Shown here: piece after piece, positions 32,463 to 42,173 of the stretch
Numbering within the stretch: position 1 is the first letter of the stretch
How the letters are laid out: each line of letters starts with the position of its first letter
The notes under the pieces: model-generated
Database searches by the model: none
Seen by the model: the letters and a program-made list of their open reading frames with translations, nothing else
What the model was told of the DNA's origin: nothing
Program-made: the position numbers and the translations under genes
DNA from: Candidatus Rokubacteria bacterium GWC2_70_16
Lineage (GTDB): Bacteria > Methylomirabilota > Methylomirabilia > Rokubacteriales > CSP1-6
Assembly: GCA_001788415.1 (NCBI GenBank)
Contig: MGBV01000283.1
Location: forward strand, 1 to 44,789
Length of the DNA: 44,789 nt
Direction: 5' to 3'

Positions 32463-35246
32463 ATGACCGCCTCCCGGCCCCGGCCCCAGAAGGACAAGCG
32501 TTCGCCCGGCGCGACGCCCGGCAGCGCCGCCGATCCCGTGCGCAATCTCCTCCCCGATCAGCGGCAGGCGCTTCGCGCCCTCTTCGCTCCCGCGCGCGTG
32601 GCCGTGGTGGGAGCCACGGAGAAGGAGGGCAGCGTCGGGCGGACGCTGCTCTGGAACCTGATCACGCACCCCTTCGGCGGCACTGTCTTCCCCGTCAACC
32701 CGAAACGCACGAGCCTGCTGGGCATCAAGGCCTACCCCGACCTCGCCTCGCTCCCCGAGCCGGTGGACCTCGCGGTGGTCGTCACGCCCGCCCCGGCGGT
32801 GCCCGCCGTGATCGCCGACTGCGTGCGCGCGGGCGTCAGGGGGGCCATCGTGATCTCCGCCGGCTTCAAGGAGACCGGCGCAGCCGGCGCGGAGTTGGAG
32901 CGGCAGGTCCTGGCCGAGGCGCGGCGCGGCCGCCTGCGCATCATCGGCCCCAATTGTCTCGGCGTGATGAATCCCCTCAACGGCCTCAACGCGACCTTCG
33001 CCAGCGCCATGGCCCGCCCCGGGAACGTGGCCTTCCTGAGCCAGAGTGGCGCGCTCTGCACCGCGGTGCTGGACTGGAGCCTGCGCGAGAACGTGGGCTT
33101 CAGCCTCTTCGTCTCGGTGGGCTCCATGCTCGACGTGAGCTGGGGCGACCTCATCCTCTACGTCGGCGACGACCCGCGCACCCAGGCGGTCCTGATCTAC
33201 ATGGAGTCCATCGGGGATGCCCGCGCCTTCCTCTCGGCCGCGCGCGAGGTGGCGCTCAGCAAGCCGATCATCGTCATCAAGCCCGGCCGTACCGAGGGGG
33301 CCGCGCGCGCGGCGACCTCGCACACGGGCGCGCTGGCCGGTCGCGATGACGTGCTGGAGGCGGCCTTCCGGCGCAGCGGCGTGCTCCGCGTCGAGAGCAT
33401 CGCCGAGCTGTTCTACGCCGCCGAGTCGCTCGCCAAGCAGCCGCGGCCGCGGGGGCCGCGGCTCGCCATCGTGACCAACGCCGGAGGCCCCGCCGTCCTC
33501 GCCACCGACGTGCTCCTGCTCCGGGGCGGCCAGCTCGCGGAGCTGTCCGCGGAGACGCTGGGCGCCCTCGACCGGCTCCTGCCGCCCGCCTGGAGTCACG
33601 CCAACCCCGTGGATGTGCTGGGCGACGCCGACCCCGCGCGCTACGCCCGCGCCGTCGAGATCGTCGCCGCCGACCCGGGCAGCGACGGCCTGCTGGTGAT
33701 TCTCACGCCCCAGGCGATGACCGACCCGACGCGGACCGCGGAGGAGCTCAAGCCGCACGCGCGCCTGACTGGCAAGCCGCTCCTGGCCAGCTGGATGGGC
33801 GGCGCCGAGGTGGCGGCCGGCGAGAGCATTCTCAACCGCGCCAGCATCCCCACCTTCCCCTACCCGGACACCGCCGCGCGCATGTTCACCACCATGTGGC
33901 GCTACGCCGAGAACCTGCGCCTGCTGTACGAGACGCCGACGCCCGCCACCGCCGCCGACGCGGACCGGCCGGAGGCCGCCGGCGCGCTGCTTGACTCGGT
34001 GCGGCGCGCCGGGCGCACGCTCCTCACCGAGGCGGAGTCCAAGAAGCTCCTCGCCGCCTACGGGATCCCCACCGTGCCGACCCGCGTCGCCACCGACCCC
34101 GAGGCAGCCCAGCGCGCCGCGGCGGAGCTCGGGTTCCCCGCGGTGGTGAAGCTCCACTCCGAGACGATCACCCACAAGACCGACGTCGACGGCGTCCGGC
34201 TCAACCTGCCCGATGCGGCGGCGGTGGGCGCGGCGTGGCGCGACATCGAGGCCGCGGTGGCCCAGCGCGCAGGCCCCGGGCACTTCCAGGGCGTCACGGT
34301 CCAGCCCATGGTCAGCCTCGACGGCTACGAGCTGATCGTGGGCAGCAGCATCGACCCGCAGTTCGGGCCGGTCCTCCTCTTCGGCGCCGGCGGGCGTCTC
34401 GTCGAGGTCTTCCGGGACCGGGCCCTCGGTCTGCCGCCGCTGACCAGCACGCTGGCCCGGCGGCTCATGGAGCAGACGCGCATCTACCAGGCGCTCCAGG
34501 GTGTGCGGGGCCAGCCGCCGGTGGACCTCGCCCGGCTCGAGCAGCTGCTCGTGCGCGTGAGCCAGCTCGTCGTCGAGCAGCCGCGCATCCAGGAGCTCGA
34601 CATCAATCCCCTGCTCGCCTCGGGCGAGCAACTGCTGGCGCTGGATGCCCGCGTCGTCCTCCACGCGCCCGAGATCCCGGACTCGGCGCTGCCGCAGCCC
34701 GCCATCCGCCCGTACCCGCGCCAGTACCAGTGGGACTGGCGGCCGCGGGATGGCAGCCGGCTCACCATCCGCCCGATCCGCCCGGAGGACGAGCCGCTCA
34801 TCGCCGAGTTCCACGGCACGCTTTCCGACCGGAGCGTCTACATGCGCTACCTGCACCCCATCGCGCTCCACCAGCGCATCGCGCACGAGCGGCTCGCGCG
34901 GATCTGCATCGTCGACTACGACCGCGAGATCGTTCTGGTGGCCGAGGAGCCGGCGGCCGCAGGGGACGGGCGCCTCATCGTGGGGGTGGGGCGGCTGACC
35001 AAGCTCCACTGGTCGGAGGAGGCGGAGTTCGCCCTGCTCGTGAGCGATCGGTTCCAGCGCCGCGGGCTCGGCACCGAGCTCCTGCGTCGCATCGTGGAGG
35101 TCGGGCGCGGCGAGAGGCTCCGCCGCATCGTCGGCTACATCTCCGCCGAGAACACCCAGATGCTCCAACTGGCCACGCGGCTCGGCTTCCGCGCCGCGCC
35201 CCAGGAAGAGGACCGCTCCGTCGTCGAGGCGATCCTCGACCTGTGA
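32463..35246 (+). CDS. Pat/PatZ-type protein: ADP-forming acetyl-CoA-synthetase-like domains fused to a C-terminal GNAT acetyltransferase
   Basis: 927 aa. CoA-binding N-terminus ([14 protein letters not shown]), SHTGALAG, an ATP-grasp region, and the GNAT motif [15 protein letters not shown] at the C-terminus. Confidence 0.85.
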   Translation: MTASRPRPQKDKRSPGATPGSAADPVRNLLPDQRQALRALFAPARVAVVGATEKEGSVGRTLLWNLITHPFGGTVFPVNPKRTSLLGIKAYPDLASLPEPVDLAVVVTPAPAVPAVIADCVRAGVRGAIVISAGFKETGAAGAELERQVLAEARRGRLRIIGPNCLGVMNPLNGLNATFASAMARPGNVAFLSQSGALCTAVLDWSLRENVGFSLFVSVGSMLDVSWGDLILYVGDDPRTQAVLIYMESIGDARAFLSAAREVALSKPIIVIKPGRTEGAARAATSHTGALAGRDDVLEAAFRRSGVLRVESIAELFYAAESLAKQPRPRGPRLAIVTNAGGPAVLATDVLLLRGGQLAELSAETLGALDRLLPPAWSHANPVDVLGDADPARYARAVEIVAADPGSDGLLVILTPQAMTDPTRTAEELKPHARLTGKPLLASWMGGAEVAAGESILNRASIPTFPYPDTAARMFTTMWRYAENLRLLYETPTPATAADADRPEAAGALLDSVRRAGRTLLTEAESKKLLAAYGIPTVPTRVATDPEAAQRAAAELGFPAVVKLHSETITHKTDVDGVRLNLPDAAAVGAAWRDIEAAVAQRAGPGHFQGVTVQPMVSLDGYELIVGSSIDPQFGPVLLFGAGGRLVEVFRDRALGLPPLTSTLARRLMEQTRIYQALQGVRGQPPVDLARLEQLLVRVSQLVVEQPRIQELDINPLLASGEQLLALDARVVLHAPEIPDSALPQPAIRPYPRQYQWDWRPRDGSRLTIRPIRPEDEPLIAEFHGTLSDRSVYMRYLHPIALHQRIAHERLARICIVDYDREIVLVAEEPAAAGDGRLIVGVGRLTKLHWSEEAEFALLVSDRFQRRGLGTELLRRIVEVGRGERLRRIVGYISAENTQMLQLATRLGFRAAPQEEDRSVVEAILDL

Positions 35247-35296
35247 GGGGGCTCCGTCGCGGCGGCAGGCGCGGTCCGCAGCGAGAGGTGGCCCCG

Positions 35297-36907
35297 ATGC
35301 TCGACCTTCCCAAGGAGTCCTGGACGCTCGTCCATGCCCTGCGAGCCCAGGCCCGGCGACTGAGAGACCGCCCGTTCCTGACCTTCCACGACGGCGCCAC
35401 GCTGACCTTCGGCGAGCTCGACCGGGACAGCGACCGCGTCGCGTCGGCCCTCGCCCGGCTCGGCGTCCGGCCGGGCGATCGGGTCCTGGCGCTGGCCCGG
35501 AACTCCGCCGCCTTCCTGCTGGCCATGCTGGGGGCCCAGAAGCGAGGAGCGATCTTCACGCCGATCAACACCGAGCTGAGGGGGGCTTTCCTTGAGCATC
35601 AGCTCCGCAACGCCGCGCCGTCGGTGCTCCTGGTCGACGATGAGCTGCGCTCCAACTTCGACACTGCGGACGTGTCGGGACTGACCGCCTCTCACACCGT
35701 CGTGGTCGGCGACCCGTCCACCCGGGCCGTGCCCGGGACGGTGGCCGTGCCCTTCGCCGAGCTCGTGGCGGGGCGCCTCGATCCCGACGCCGTGATCACC
35801 CCGGACCCGCGGGAAGTCTGCATGATCATGTACACGTCGGGGACCACCGGGCCCTCCAAGGGCGTGCTCATGCCGCATGGGCACTGCTATCTCTTCGGGC
35901 TCGGCCTGGCGCAAGCCATCCGGCTGGGCCCCGACGACCGCTACTACGTCTGCATGCCCCTCTTCCACGCCAACGCGCTGCTGATGCAGGTGGTCGGCTG
36001 CCTGCTGGCCGGCACCCCGGCGCACATCGCCAGGCGCTTCTCGGCGTCGACCTGGCTCGAGGAGGTCCGGGCCGCGGACGCCACCGTCACCAACGCGCTG
36101 GGGGTGATGCCCGAGTTCATCTTCCGGCAGCCGCCCACGGCCAGGGACAGGGAGCACCGGCTGCGCCTCGTCATGGCCGTCCCCATCGCCGAGGAATGGG
36201 GCGCCGCCTTCGAGGAGCGCTTCGGGGTGCGGTTCTTCCAGGGGTTCGGGATGACCGAGTGCAATATCGTCGCCTACAGCGACCCCGCTGACCCCGTCCT
36301 GCCCGGCTGCGCGGGCCGGGTGCGCTCGGACTGGTTCGACGTCCGCATCGTCGACCCCGACACCGACGAGCCGCGGCCCCCGGATGTTGTGGGCGAGATC
36401 GCCGTCCGCCCCCGCCTCGCCTCGTGCTTCTCGGCCGGCTACTACCGGATGCCCGAGAAGACCGTGGAGGCGTGGCGCAACCTGTGGTTCCACACGGGCG
36501 ACGCCGGCCGGCTGGACCCGCGCGGGCGGCTCTGGTTCGTCGACCGCATCAAGGACTGCATCCGCAGGCGGGGGGAGAACATCTCCTCCTACGAGGTCGA
36601 GCAGGTGCTCAACGCCCATCCGGGGGTGGCGGAGAGCGCGGTGATCGGCATCCGGGCCGTCGGCGCCGGCGGCGAGGAGGAGGTCAAGGCGTGCATCGTC
36701 CCGGCCGGCGCGCCCCCGGATCCGGTGGAACTCCTCGACTGGTGCGTCCGCCGCATGCCGCGCCCCGCGGTGCCACGCTTCCTCGAGTTCATGCCCGCCC
36801 TGGAGAAGACGGCGACCGGCAAGATCCGCAAGCAGGACCTTCGCAATGCCGGCGTCACCCCGTCCACCTGGGATCGGGAGTCGGTCGGCTACGTCGTGCC
36901 CCGTTGA
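35297..36907 (+). CDS. AMP-forming acyl-CoA synthetase / ligase
   Basis: ATG 35297 with GAGAGGTG upstream, in frame inside a long spurious ORF. 536 aa. AMP-binding motif YTSGTTGPSKGV and the A10 lysine in TATGKIRK. Confidence 0.88.
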   Translation: MLDLPKESWTLVHALRAQARRLRDRPFLTFHDGATLTFGELDRDSDRVASALARLGVRPGDRVLALARNSAAFLLAMLGAQKRGAIFTPINTELRGAFLEHQLRNAAPSVLLVDDELRSNFDTADVSGLTASHTVVVGDPSTRAVPGTVAVPFAELVAGRLDPDAVITPDPREVCMIMYTSGTTGPSKGVLMPHGHCYLFGLGLAQAIRLGPDDRYYVCMPLFHANALLMQVVGCLLAGTPAHIARRFSASTWLEEVRAADATVTNALGVMPEFIFRQPPTARDREHRLRLVMAVPIAEEWGAAFEERFGVRFFQGFGMTECNIVAYSDPADPVLPGCAGRVRSDWFDVRIVDPDTDEPRPPDVVGEIAVRPRLASCFSAGYYRMPEKTVEAWRNLWFHTGDAGRLDPRGRLWFVDRIKDCIRRRGENISSYEVEQVLNAHPGVAESAVIGIRAVGAGGEEEVKACIVPAGAPPDPVELLDWCVRRMPRPAVPRFLEFMPALEKTATGKIRKQDLRNAGVTPSTWDRESVGYVVPR

Positions 36908-36932
36908 CCTCACCCCGGAGGGAGGACCCCAC

Positions 36933-37715
36933 ATGAGGCTGCCGTCGAAGATCGTCGATCTCTCGATGCCGCTGGACAACGAGACGCTCTGCGACCCGGA
37001 CATCATGCGTCCGAGAATCCAGTACGTGACCCAGCGGGACAATGCCGGGGCGATGGCGGGGTTCTTTGAGGGCATGCGCCCGGCCGACCTGCCCAACGGG
37101 GAAGGCTGGGCCTGGGAGGTCATCACCCTGACCACCCATAACGGCACGCACATGGATGCGCCGTGGCACTACCATGCGCGCGACCGGAACGGCAAGCCCA
37201 TGCAGACCGTCGACCAGCTGCCGCTGGACTGGTTCTTCCGGCCCGGCGTGAAGCTCGACTTCCGCGACAAGCCCGACGGCTACATCGTCCAGCCGGCGGA
37301 CGTCGAGGCGGAGCTCGCGCGGATCGGGCACAGGCTGCAGCCGCTGGACATCGTGCTCGTCAACACGAGCGCGAGCGCCTACTACGGCACGGCCGAGTAC
37401 CTGGACCACGGCATTGGGATGGGGAAGGAGGCGACGCTGTACCTGACGCGCGATCATGGCGTGCGGGTCACCGGCATCGACGCCTGGGGCTGGGACGCGC
37501 CGTTCACGTTCGCGCGGGAGCAGTACGCCAGGGACCGCGACGCCAGCAAGGTGTGGCAGGGCCACTGGGCCGGCATCGAGCAGCCGTACTGCCACATGGA
37601 GAAGCTGTTGAACCTGGAGCAGCTGCCGGCCACCGGCTTCCTGGTCAGCTGCTTCCCGTGGAAGATCAAGGCGGCATCGGCCGGATTCGTCCGCGCCGTC
37701 GCCATGTTCGACTGA
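36933..37715 (+). CDS. Cyclase-family protein (kynurenine-formamidase-like metal hydrolase)
   Basis: ATG 36933 with GGAGGGAGG upstream. 260 aa with the HxGTHxDxPxH motif (HNGTHMDAPWH). Confidence 0.85.
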   Translation: MRLPSKIVDLSMPLDNETLCDPDIMRPRIQYVTQRDNAGAMAGFFEGMRPADLPNGEGWAWEVITLTTHNGTHMDAPWHYHARDRNGKPMQTVDQLPLDWFFRPGVKLDFRDKPDGYIVQPADVEAELARIGHRLQPLDIVLVNTSASAYYGTAEYLDHGIGMGKEATLYLTRDHGVRVTGIDAWGWDAPFTFAREQYARDRDASKVWQGHWAGIEQPYCHMEKLLNLEQLPATGFLVSCFPWKIKAASAGFVRAVAMFD

Positions 37716-37724
37716 AGCCGAAAG

Positions 37725-37801
37725 TGGTGCCCCCGGGGTGACTCGAACACCCGGCACGCAGTTTAGGAAACTGCTGCTCTATCCACCTGAGCTACGGGGG
37801 C
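37725..37801 (-). tRNA. tRNA-Arg (anticodon CCT)
   Basis: The reverse complement folds as a 77-nt cloverleaf: GCCCCCG-TA-GCTC-AGGTGGATA-GAGC-A-GCAGT-TTCCTAA-ACTGC-GTGCC-GGGTG-TTCGAGT-CACCC-CGGGGGC-A-CCA. Confidence 0.93.
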
Positions 37802-37829
37802 ATGCCTCCGCGGCCAGCACGCAGTCTCG

Positions 37830-37857
37830 ATTCTAGCACCTCGCGCGGGGGTCTCAG
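37830..37857 (-). promoter_or_regulatory. Extended -10 promoter for tRNA-Arg
   Basis: The minus strand reads CTGAGA-N16-(TGc)TAGAAT, with the -10 element ending 28 nt upstream of the tRNA 5' end. The 10-mer GTGCTAGAAT recurs at the SPOR promoter (43447-43456). Confidence 0.45.
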
Positions 37858-38519
37858 CTGAGGTCGGAGAGATCCACGCCCCGCGCGGCGGGGGACACCG
37901 GCCGGCGCTGGCGCAGCGCCTCGAGGTCCTCGACCTGCTCGACGGGGCGCCCCAGGCGCAGGGCGACCTCCGCCACCGTGGGCATGCGCCCCAGCTCCTG
38001 CGCCAGCCCCGCGCGCGCCCTGCCGTACTGCGACAGCAGGAGATCCACGTGCACCCGCAGCCGGCTCACGCGGGCCTGGTGGGCCAGCGCGCGGACGAGG
38101 GCCTGGCGAATCCACCAGGTCGCGTAGGTGGCGAAGCGCGCGCGCCGGTCCGGGCGGAACGTCCCGACCGCGTGGAGCAGGCCCACGTTGCCCTCCTCGA
38201 TGAGGTCGGGAAGGGACAGCCCGCGCTTCACGTACCGGCGGGCCAGGCTCACCACGAGGCGAAGGTTGGCCTCCACCAGGCGCCGCTCCGCCTCGGCCTC
38301 CCCGGCCTGGACGCGGCGCGCGGACTCCCGCTCCTCGTCGGCGCCGAGGAGCCTGATGCCGCGGATCTCGTCGAGGTAGAGCCGCAGGAGCGCGCGGTTC
38401 CGCTCCGCGGCCTCGGGTGGCTCCTTGGCGTCGCCGAACACCGAGAGGTCGGCCGCCAGGACGGTCTCCACGGGCTCCTCGGCGCCCTCGATGCGCTCCT
38501 CGAGGTCCTCCTCACTCAT
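37854..38519 (-). CDS. Sigma-70-family sigma factor (regions 1.2-3 only; no region 4)
   Basis: 221 aa. Region 2 motifs [38 protein letters not shown] and [13 protein letters not shown], then a region 3-like HTH ([18 protein letters not shown]). The ORF stops soon after, and only 52 nt remain before the tRNA. Confidence 0.8.
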   Translation of the reverse strand: MSEEDLEERIEGAEEPVETVLAADLSVFGDAKEPPEAAERNRALLRLYLDEIRGIRLLGADEERESARRVQAGEAEAERRLVEANLRLVVSLARRYVKRGLSLPDLIEEGNVGLLHAVGTFRPDRRARFATYATWWIRQALVRALAHQARVSRLRVHVDLLLSQYGRARAGLAQELGRMPTVAEVALRLGRPVEQVEDLEALRQRRPVSPAARGVDLSDLS

Positions 38520-39399
38520 CCTCGTCGTCGTCCTCGGGCGGCTCGGGCATCTCCTCCGCGCCCGTCAGGACCACATCCCGGGCCGGCAGCAGGTAGAGGG
38601 GGTTGTAGACCTTGCCTTCATGGCGGATCTCGAAGTGAACGTGGTAGGCAGTGGCCCGGCCGCTCCGTCCCGCGGTCCCGATGACGGTGCCGGCCTCCAC
38701 TCGATCCCCTGCCTCGACGAAATTCTGAAGGTTGTGAGCGTAGATGCTCGTGAACCCGTTGTCGTGCTCGATTCGCACGATCCGGCCGTACGACCGCTCC
38801 CAGCCGCTGAAGTACACCGTCCCGGGCGCCGCGGCGAGGATGGGCGTGCCCACCTCCGCCCTGATGTCGATCCCCGCGTGCCAACCGCTCCGACGCTGGC
38901 CGAAGCCGGAGAGCACCGGGCCCAGGACGGGCCAGGTGAAGTCGATGCTCCGCCCGTTGAACTCGGGCACGCCCAGGAAGAAGCGTGTCGGGACGCGCCG
39001 GGGTCCCGCCGAGACCAGCAGCGTCCCATCGGAGCGGGCCACGGGGGCGCGAGGCTCCGCCACCGCCGCTGCCGGCGCGCCCTGGCAGCCGGGGATGTCG
39101 AGCCGCTGGCCAATCCGGAGGGATTCCGGGCGGGCCAGGCGGTTGCCGTCGATGAGGGCCTGGCGTCTCACCCGGTAGCGGGCGGCGATGCGGATCACGG
39201 AGTCACCGGCCTGCACCACGTGAACGCACGGAGCCGGCCGGGACTCGGAGCCCTTCTGCATCTTGGGGAGCGCCCGCTTCTGCGGGCTCTTGAGGGGGGG
39301 AGGCTCGGCATGCGCGGAGGCCCCCTGGGCGAGGAGCAGACCGGGCACGAGAAGCCCGATCCCGATCGCGCGCCGGGCGTGGGTCCGGCAGGGCGTCAC
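38512..39399 (-). CDS. LysM-domain M23 metallopeptidase (NlpD-like)
   Basis: GTG 39399 sits in a GTGA overlap with the acyP stop and gives a signal-like N-terminus ([19 protein letters not shown]). LysM segment [17 protein letters not shown]...GQRLDIP and M23 motifs HAGIDI and HVHFEI. Confidence 0.85.
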   Translation of the reverse strand: MTPCRTHARRAIGIGLLVPGLLLAQGASAHAEPPPLKSPQKRALPKMQKGSESRPAPCVHVVQAGDSVIRIAARYRVRRQALIDGNRLARPESLRIGQRLDIPGCQGAPAAAVAEPRAPVARSDGTLLVSAGPRRVPTRFFLGVPEFNGRSIDFTWPVLGPVLSGFGQRRSGWHAGIDIRAEVGTPILAAAPGTVYFSGWERSYGRIVRIEHDNGFTSIYAHNLQNFVEAGDRVEAGTVIGTAGRSGRATAYHVHFEIRHEGKVYNPLYLLPARDVVLTGAEEMPEPPEDDDEDE

Positions 39400-39701
39400 G
39401 GATCGAACTCCGCGTAGCGGATCCCGAAGGACGTGAAGCGCCCCGTGGCCGGCCGCCACATGACCTCCACCTTCTCCACGCGGGCCAGCGGCGGCCCCTT
39501 CTCGAGCTCCCGCGCCAGCTCGTCGATCACGCGGCGCCAGCCCTCCACCCGCACGCGGACCCGGCCGTCCTTCAGGTTCATGACGTAGCCCGCGAGACCC
39601 AGCTGGCCCGCCTTGCGCTCCACGAAGTTGCGATAGCCGACGCCCTGGACGCGCCCGCCGACGACGATCTCGGCGGCGCTGCGGATGTCGGCGGCGCTCA
39701 T
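39396..39701 (-). CDS. acyP: Acylphosphatase
   Basis: ATG 39701 gives 101 aa with the signature VGGRVQGVGYRNF. Confidence 0.85.
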   Translation of the reverse strand: MSAADIRSAAEIVVGGRVQGVGYRNFVERKAGQLGLAGYVMNLKDGRVRVRVEGWRRVIDELARELEKGPPLARVEKVEVMWRPATGRFTSFGIRYAEFDP

Positions 39702-39773
39702 GGAGAGTGGGCCCGGCGCCGCGGCCGGCGGCGAATCAAGACAGCGCATGCCCGCGGGCCGGGGGAGGAAAAA

Positions 39774-39850
39774 TGGTCGGGGCGACTGGATTTGAACCAG
39801 CGACCTCCTGCTCCCGAAGCAGGCGCGCTACCAAGCTGCGCTACGCCCCG
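39774..39850 (-). tRNA. tRNA-Pro (anticodon CGG)
   Basis: 77-nt cloverleaf: CGGGGCG-TA-GCGC-AGCTTGGTA-GCGC-G-CCTGC-TTCGGGA-GCAGG-AGGTC-GCTGG-TTCAAAT-CCAGT-CGCCCCG-A-CCA. Confidence 0.93.
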
Positions 39851-39881
39851 ACCTCGCATGGCACCGCTCGACCCCGGCTCC

Positions 39882-40556
39882 TCAGGCCTGCCACGCGTAC
39901 TTCCCGATGAGCTTGACGAACACGCATCCCGAGTCGTCGGTGACGCGCATCTCCCCCCGCGCCTTCTCGATCACCTGGAGCCGCTGGGCATCCGCCTCGC
40001 CCACCGGCATCACCATCCGCCCGCCCTCGGCCAGCTGCTCGAAGAGCGGCGGCGGGACGGACGGCCCTCCCGCGGCCACGAGGATCCGGTCGAACGGCGC
40101 CTCGTCCGGCCACCCGAAGGTCCCGTTGGCCGTGCGGACCCACACGTTGGTGTAGGCCAGGGCCTCGAGCGTCTGCCGCGCCCGCGCGGCCATCCGCGGG
40201 AGGCGCTCCACGGTGCAAACGCGGCCGGCGCATTCCGCCAGCACGGCCGCCTGGTACCCGGACCCCGTGCCGATCTCCAGCACCTTCTCCACCCCGGTGA
40301 GTTTCAGGAGCTCGGTCATCCTTCCCACGATGAAGGGTTGCGAGATCGTCTGCCCCTCGCCGATGGGCAGCGGGTGGTCGCCGTACGCCCGCTCGCGCAG
40401 CGCCTCCTCCACGAACAGGTGCCGCGGGACCCGGCGCATGGCCGCCAGAACCCGCGGGTCGGCGATGCCGCGCGCCACGAGTTGCTGCTCGACCATCTTC
40501 TCACGCTCGCGCGCGAAGCGCTCGCGAGAAGCGAGCCCGTCGGTTCGCCCGATCAC
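39882..40556 (-). CDS. pcm: Protein-L-isoaspartate O-methyltransferase
   Basis: GTG 40556 sits in a GTGA overlap with the surE stop. 224 aa with the SAM-binding motif VLEIGTGSGYQAAVLA and a Pcm-like N-terminus (MVEQQLVARGI..PRHLFV). Confidence 0.88.
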   Translation of the reverse strand: MIGRTDGLASRERFAREREKMVEQQLVARGIADPRVLAAMRRVPRHLFVEEALRERAYGDHPLPIGEGQTISQPFIVGRMTELLKLTGVEKVLEIGTGSGYQAAVLAECAGRVCTVERLPRMAARARQTLEALAYTNVWVRTANGTFGWPDEAPFDRILVAAGGPSVPPPLFEQLAEGGRMVMPVGEADAQRLQVIEKARGEMRVTDDSGCVFVKLIGKYAWQA

Positions 40557-41323
40557 GGCGCCCGCTGCTTCAAGACGGCGTTGAGGCCGCCCTCCCAGCC
40601 GGACAGCCCGCGGAGCGCGCCGTGGTGGGTCAGGTCGAGATGCAGCGGCGTGACCGACGCCCACCCGGAGTGCACCGCCGCGATGTCGGATCCCTCCTCC
40701 TTCTCCCACGTCGGCGACCCGGCTCCGATCCAGTAGTAGGGCCGCCCGCGCGGGTCCATCTCCTGGACGGCCTTGGCGCTGTAGACCCGGTGTCCCAGCC
40801 GCGTCATGCGCACACCCGCGGGCGGGCCCGGGGGCACGTTCACGTTGAGCAGCGTCTGCGCCGGCAGCCCCTCCACCAGGAGCCGCGCGGCCACGGCGCG
40901 CGCCACCGCCGCCGCCCCGGCGAAGCCTTCGCCGGCCGGGTCCACCTGCGAGACCGCCATGGACGCGACCCCGAGCAGCGTCCCCTCCATCGCCGCCGAG
41001 ACCGTGCCCGAATACGTGACGTCGTCGCCGAGGTTGGCCCCGTGGTTGATGCCCGAGGCCACCAGCACGGGGGTCTCCGGCAGGAGCCCGAGGATCCCGA
41101 GGTTCACGCAGTCCGACGGGGTCCCGTTCACGGCAAAGCGCCGCTCGCCGAGCTGGTCGACGCGAAGCGGCCGATGGAGCGTGAGCGCGTGTCCCACCGC
41201 GCTCTGCTCCCGGTCCGGCGCCACCACGTAGACCTCGCCGAGATCCTCGAGCGCTGCCGCCAGCGCCCGGAGTCCCGCGGCGTGGATCCCGTCATCGTTG
41301 GTGACCAGGATCACGCCTGGCAT
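40553..41323 (-). CDS. surE: 5'/3'-nucleotidase SurE
   Basis: 256 aa with N-terminal ILVTNDDGIHAAGL and overall SurE-like sequence. GGAGGGG lies upstream. Confidence 0.92.
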   Translation of the reverse strand: MPGVILVTNDDGIHAAGLRALAAALEDLGEVYVVAPDREQSAVGHALTLHRPLRVDQLGERRFAVNGTPSDCVNLGILGLLPETPVLVASGINHGANLGDDVTYSGTVSAAMEGTLLGVASMAVSQVDPAGEGFAGAAAVARAVAARLLVEGLPAQTLLNVNVPPGPPAGVRMTRLGHRVYSAKAVQEMDPRGRPYYWIGAGSPTWEKEEGSDIAAVHSGWASVTPLHLDLTHHGALRGLSGWEGGLNAVLKQRAP

Positions 41324-41341
41324 CCACCCCTCCGATCGCCC

Positions 41342-41373
41342 AAAAACAAAAACGAGCAGATCCAGGAATCTGC
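41342..41373 (-). terminator. Rho-independent terminator-like hairpin + T-tract after tRNA-Pro(GGG)
   Basis: The minus strand reads GCAGAT-tcctgg-ATCTGC followed by tcgTTTTTgTTTTT. This is the only obvious U-tract hairpin I saw in this GC-rich window. The stem is only 6 bp. Confidence 0.5.
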
Positions 41374-41392
41374 CGTTGCCAGCCGAAAAAAT

Positions 41393-41469
<77 letters not shown>

Positions 41470-41479
41470 ACCCACGCGC

Positions 41480-41508
41480 ATTGTACGGAGAGACGGCGGG
41501 AAACTCAA
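41480..41508 (-). promoter_or_regulatory. Sigma70-type promoter for tRNA-Pro(GGG)
   Basis: The minus strand reads TTGAGT-N17-TACAAT. The -10 element ends 10 nt upstream of the tRNA 5' end, and the -35 element starts 8 nt after the merR stop. Confidence 0.6.
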
Positions 41509-41516
41509 GGCGCGGC

Positions 41517-41879
41517 TCACTTCGCGTCGTGCGCCAGCCGCTCCCGGACGGCGCGCAGGCGCGTGCGGAGTCGCCGCAGCGTCTCCGCCAGCGCGGTGGC
41601 CTTGAGCCCGAGATCCATCTGCACCGTGCCCCGCGACTCGGCCAGCAGACGCTTCTTGGCGCCCTCCAGCGTCAGGCGTTCCTCGTAGAGGAGTCCCTTG
41701 ATGCGCAGCACCAACTCGACATCGCGCTTGCGATAGAGGCGCTGCCCCGCCGGGTTCTTCTTCGGCCGGAGCAGCTTGAATTCGGACTCCCAGTAGCGCA
41801 GCACGTAGGCGGGGATGTCCGTGATCGTCTCGACCTCGCCGATCCGGTAGAACAGCTTGTCCGGGATCACCTGGGTCAC
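41517..41879 (-). CDS. MerR-family transcriptional regulator
   Basis: 120 aa. N-terminal MerR HTH YRIGEVETITDIPAYVLRYWESEF, followed by a coiled-coil. Confidence 0.88.
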   Translation of the reverse strand: MTQVIPDKLFYRIGEVETITDIPAYVLRYWESEFKLLRPKKNPAGQRLYRKRDVELVLRIKGLLYEERLTLEGAKKRLLAESRGTVQMDLGLKATALAETLRRLRTRLRAVRERLAHDAK

Positions 41880-41891
41880 GTCTGCCCCGCG

Positions 41892-42173
41892 CTATTGGTT
41901 GAGCCGCAGCTTGAGTCCCTTGCTGGGCTTGAACGTCAGCACCTTCCGGGCCGTGATCTCGATGCTGTCCCCGGTCTGTGGATTCCGCCCGCGGCGGGAG
42001 GCCTTGCGGCGGATTCGGAAGTGCCCGAACCCGACGATCTTGACGTCCTCCCCGCGCTCGAAGCAGTTGAAGATGATGTCGAAGAGCGACTCGACGACCG
42101 AGGCCGACTGCCGCTTCGACAGCCCGTGGGCCGCCACCGCGTTGATCAGGTCATTCTTGGTCAGTGCCCTCAC
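41892..42173 (-). CDS. ihfA: Integration host factor alpha-like DNA-bending protein (IHF/HU family)
   Basis: 93 aa from GTG 42173, which sits in a GTGA overlap with the cutA stop. Carries the IHF-alpha-like GFGHFRIRRKASRRGRNPQTGDSIEITARKVLTFKPSKGLK. Confidence 0.75.
   Translation of the reverse strand: MRALTKNDLINAVAAHGLSKRQSASVVESLFDIIFNCFERGEDVKIVGFGHFRIRRKASRRGRNPQTGDSIEITARKVLTFKPSKGLKLRLNQ

Noticed and set aside
31650-35168. 1172-aa minus-strand ORF opposite the Pat gene.
   Set aside because: It has the same artefact signature. The plus-strand frame carries clear CoA-binding, ATP-grasp and GNAT motifs. Only the 31700..32308 portion, in a different minus frame, has signal-peptide logic, and I call that separately.
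37725-37801. tRNA-Arg as an integration hotspot that might have truncated the sigma gene.
   Set aside because: I found no partial tRNA duplicate, integrase or compositional break on either side. The truncation itself is still reported as a finding.
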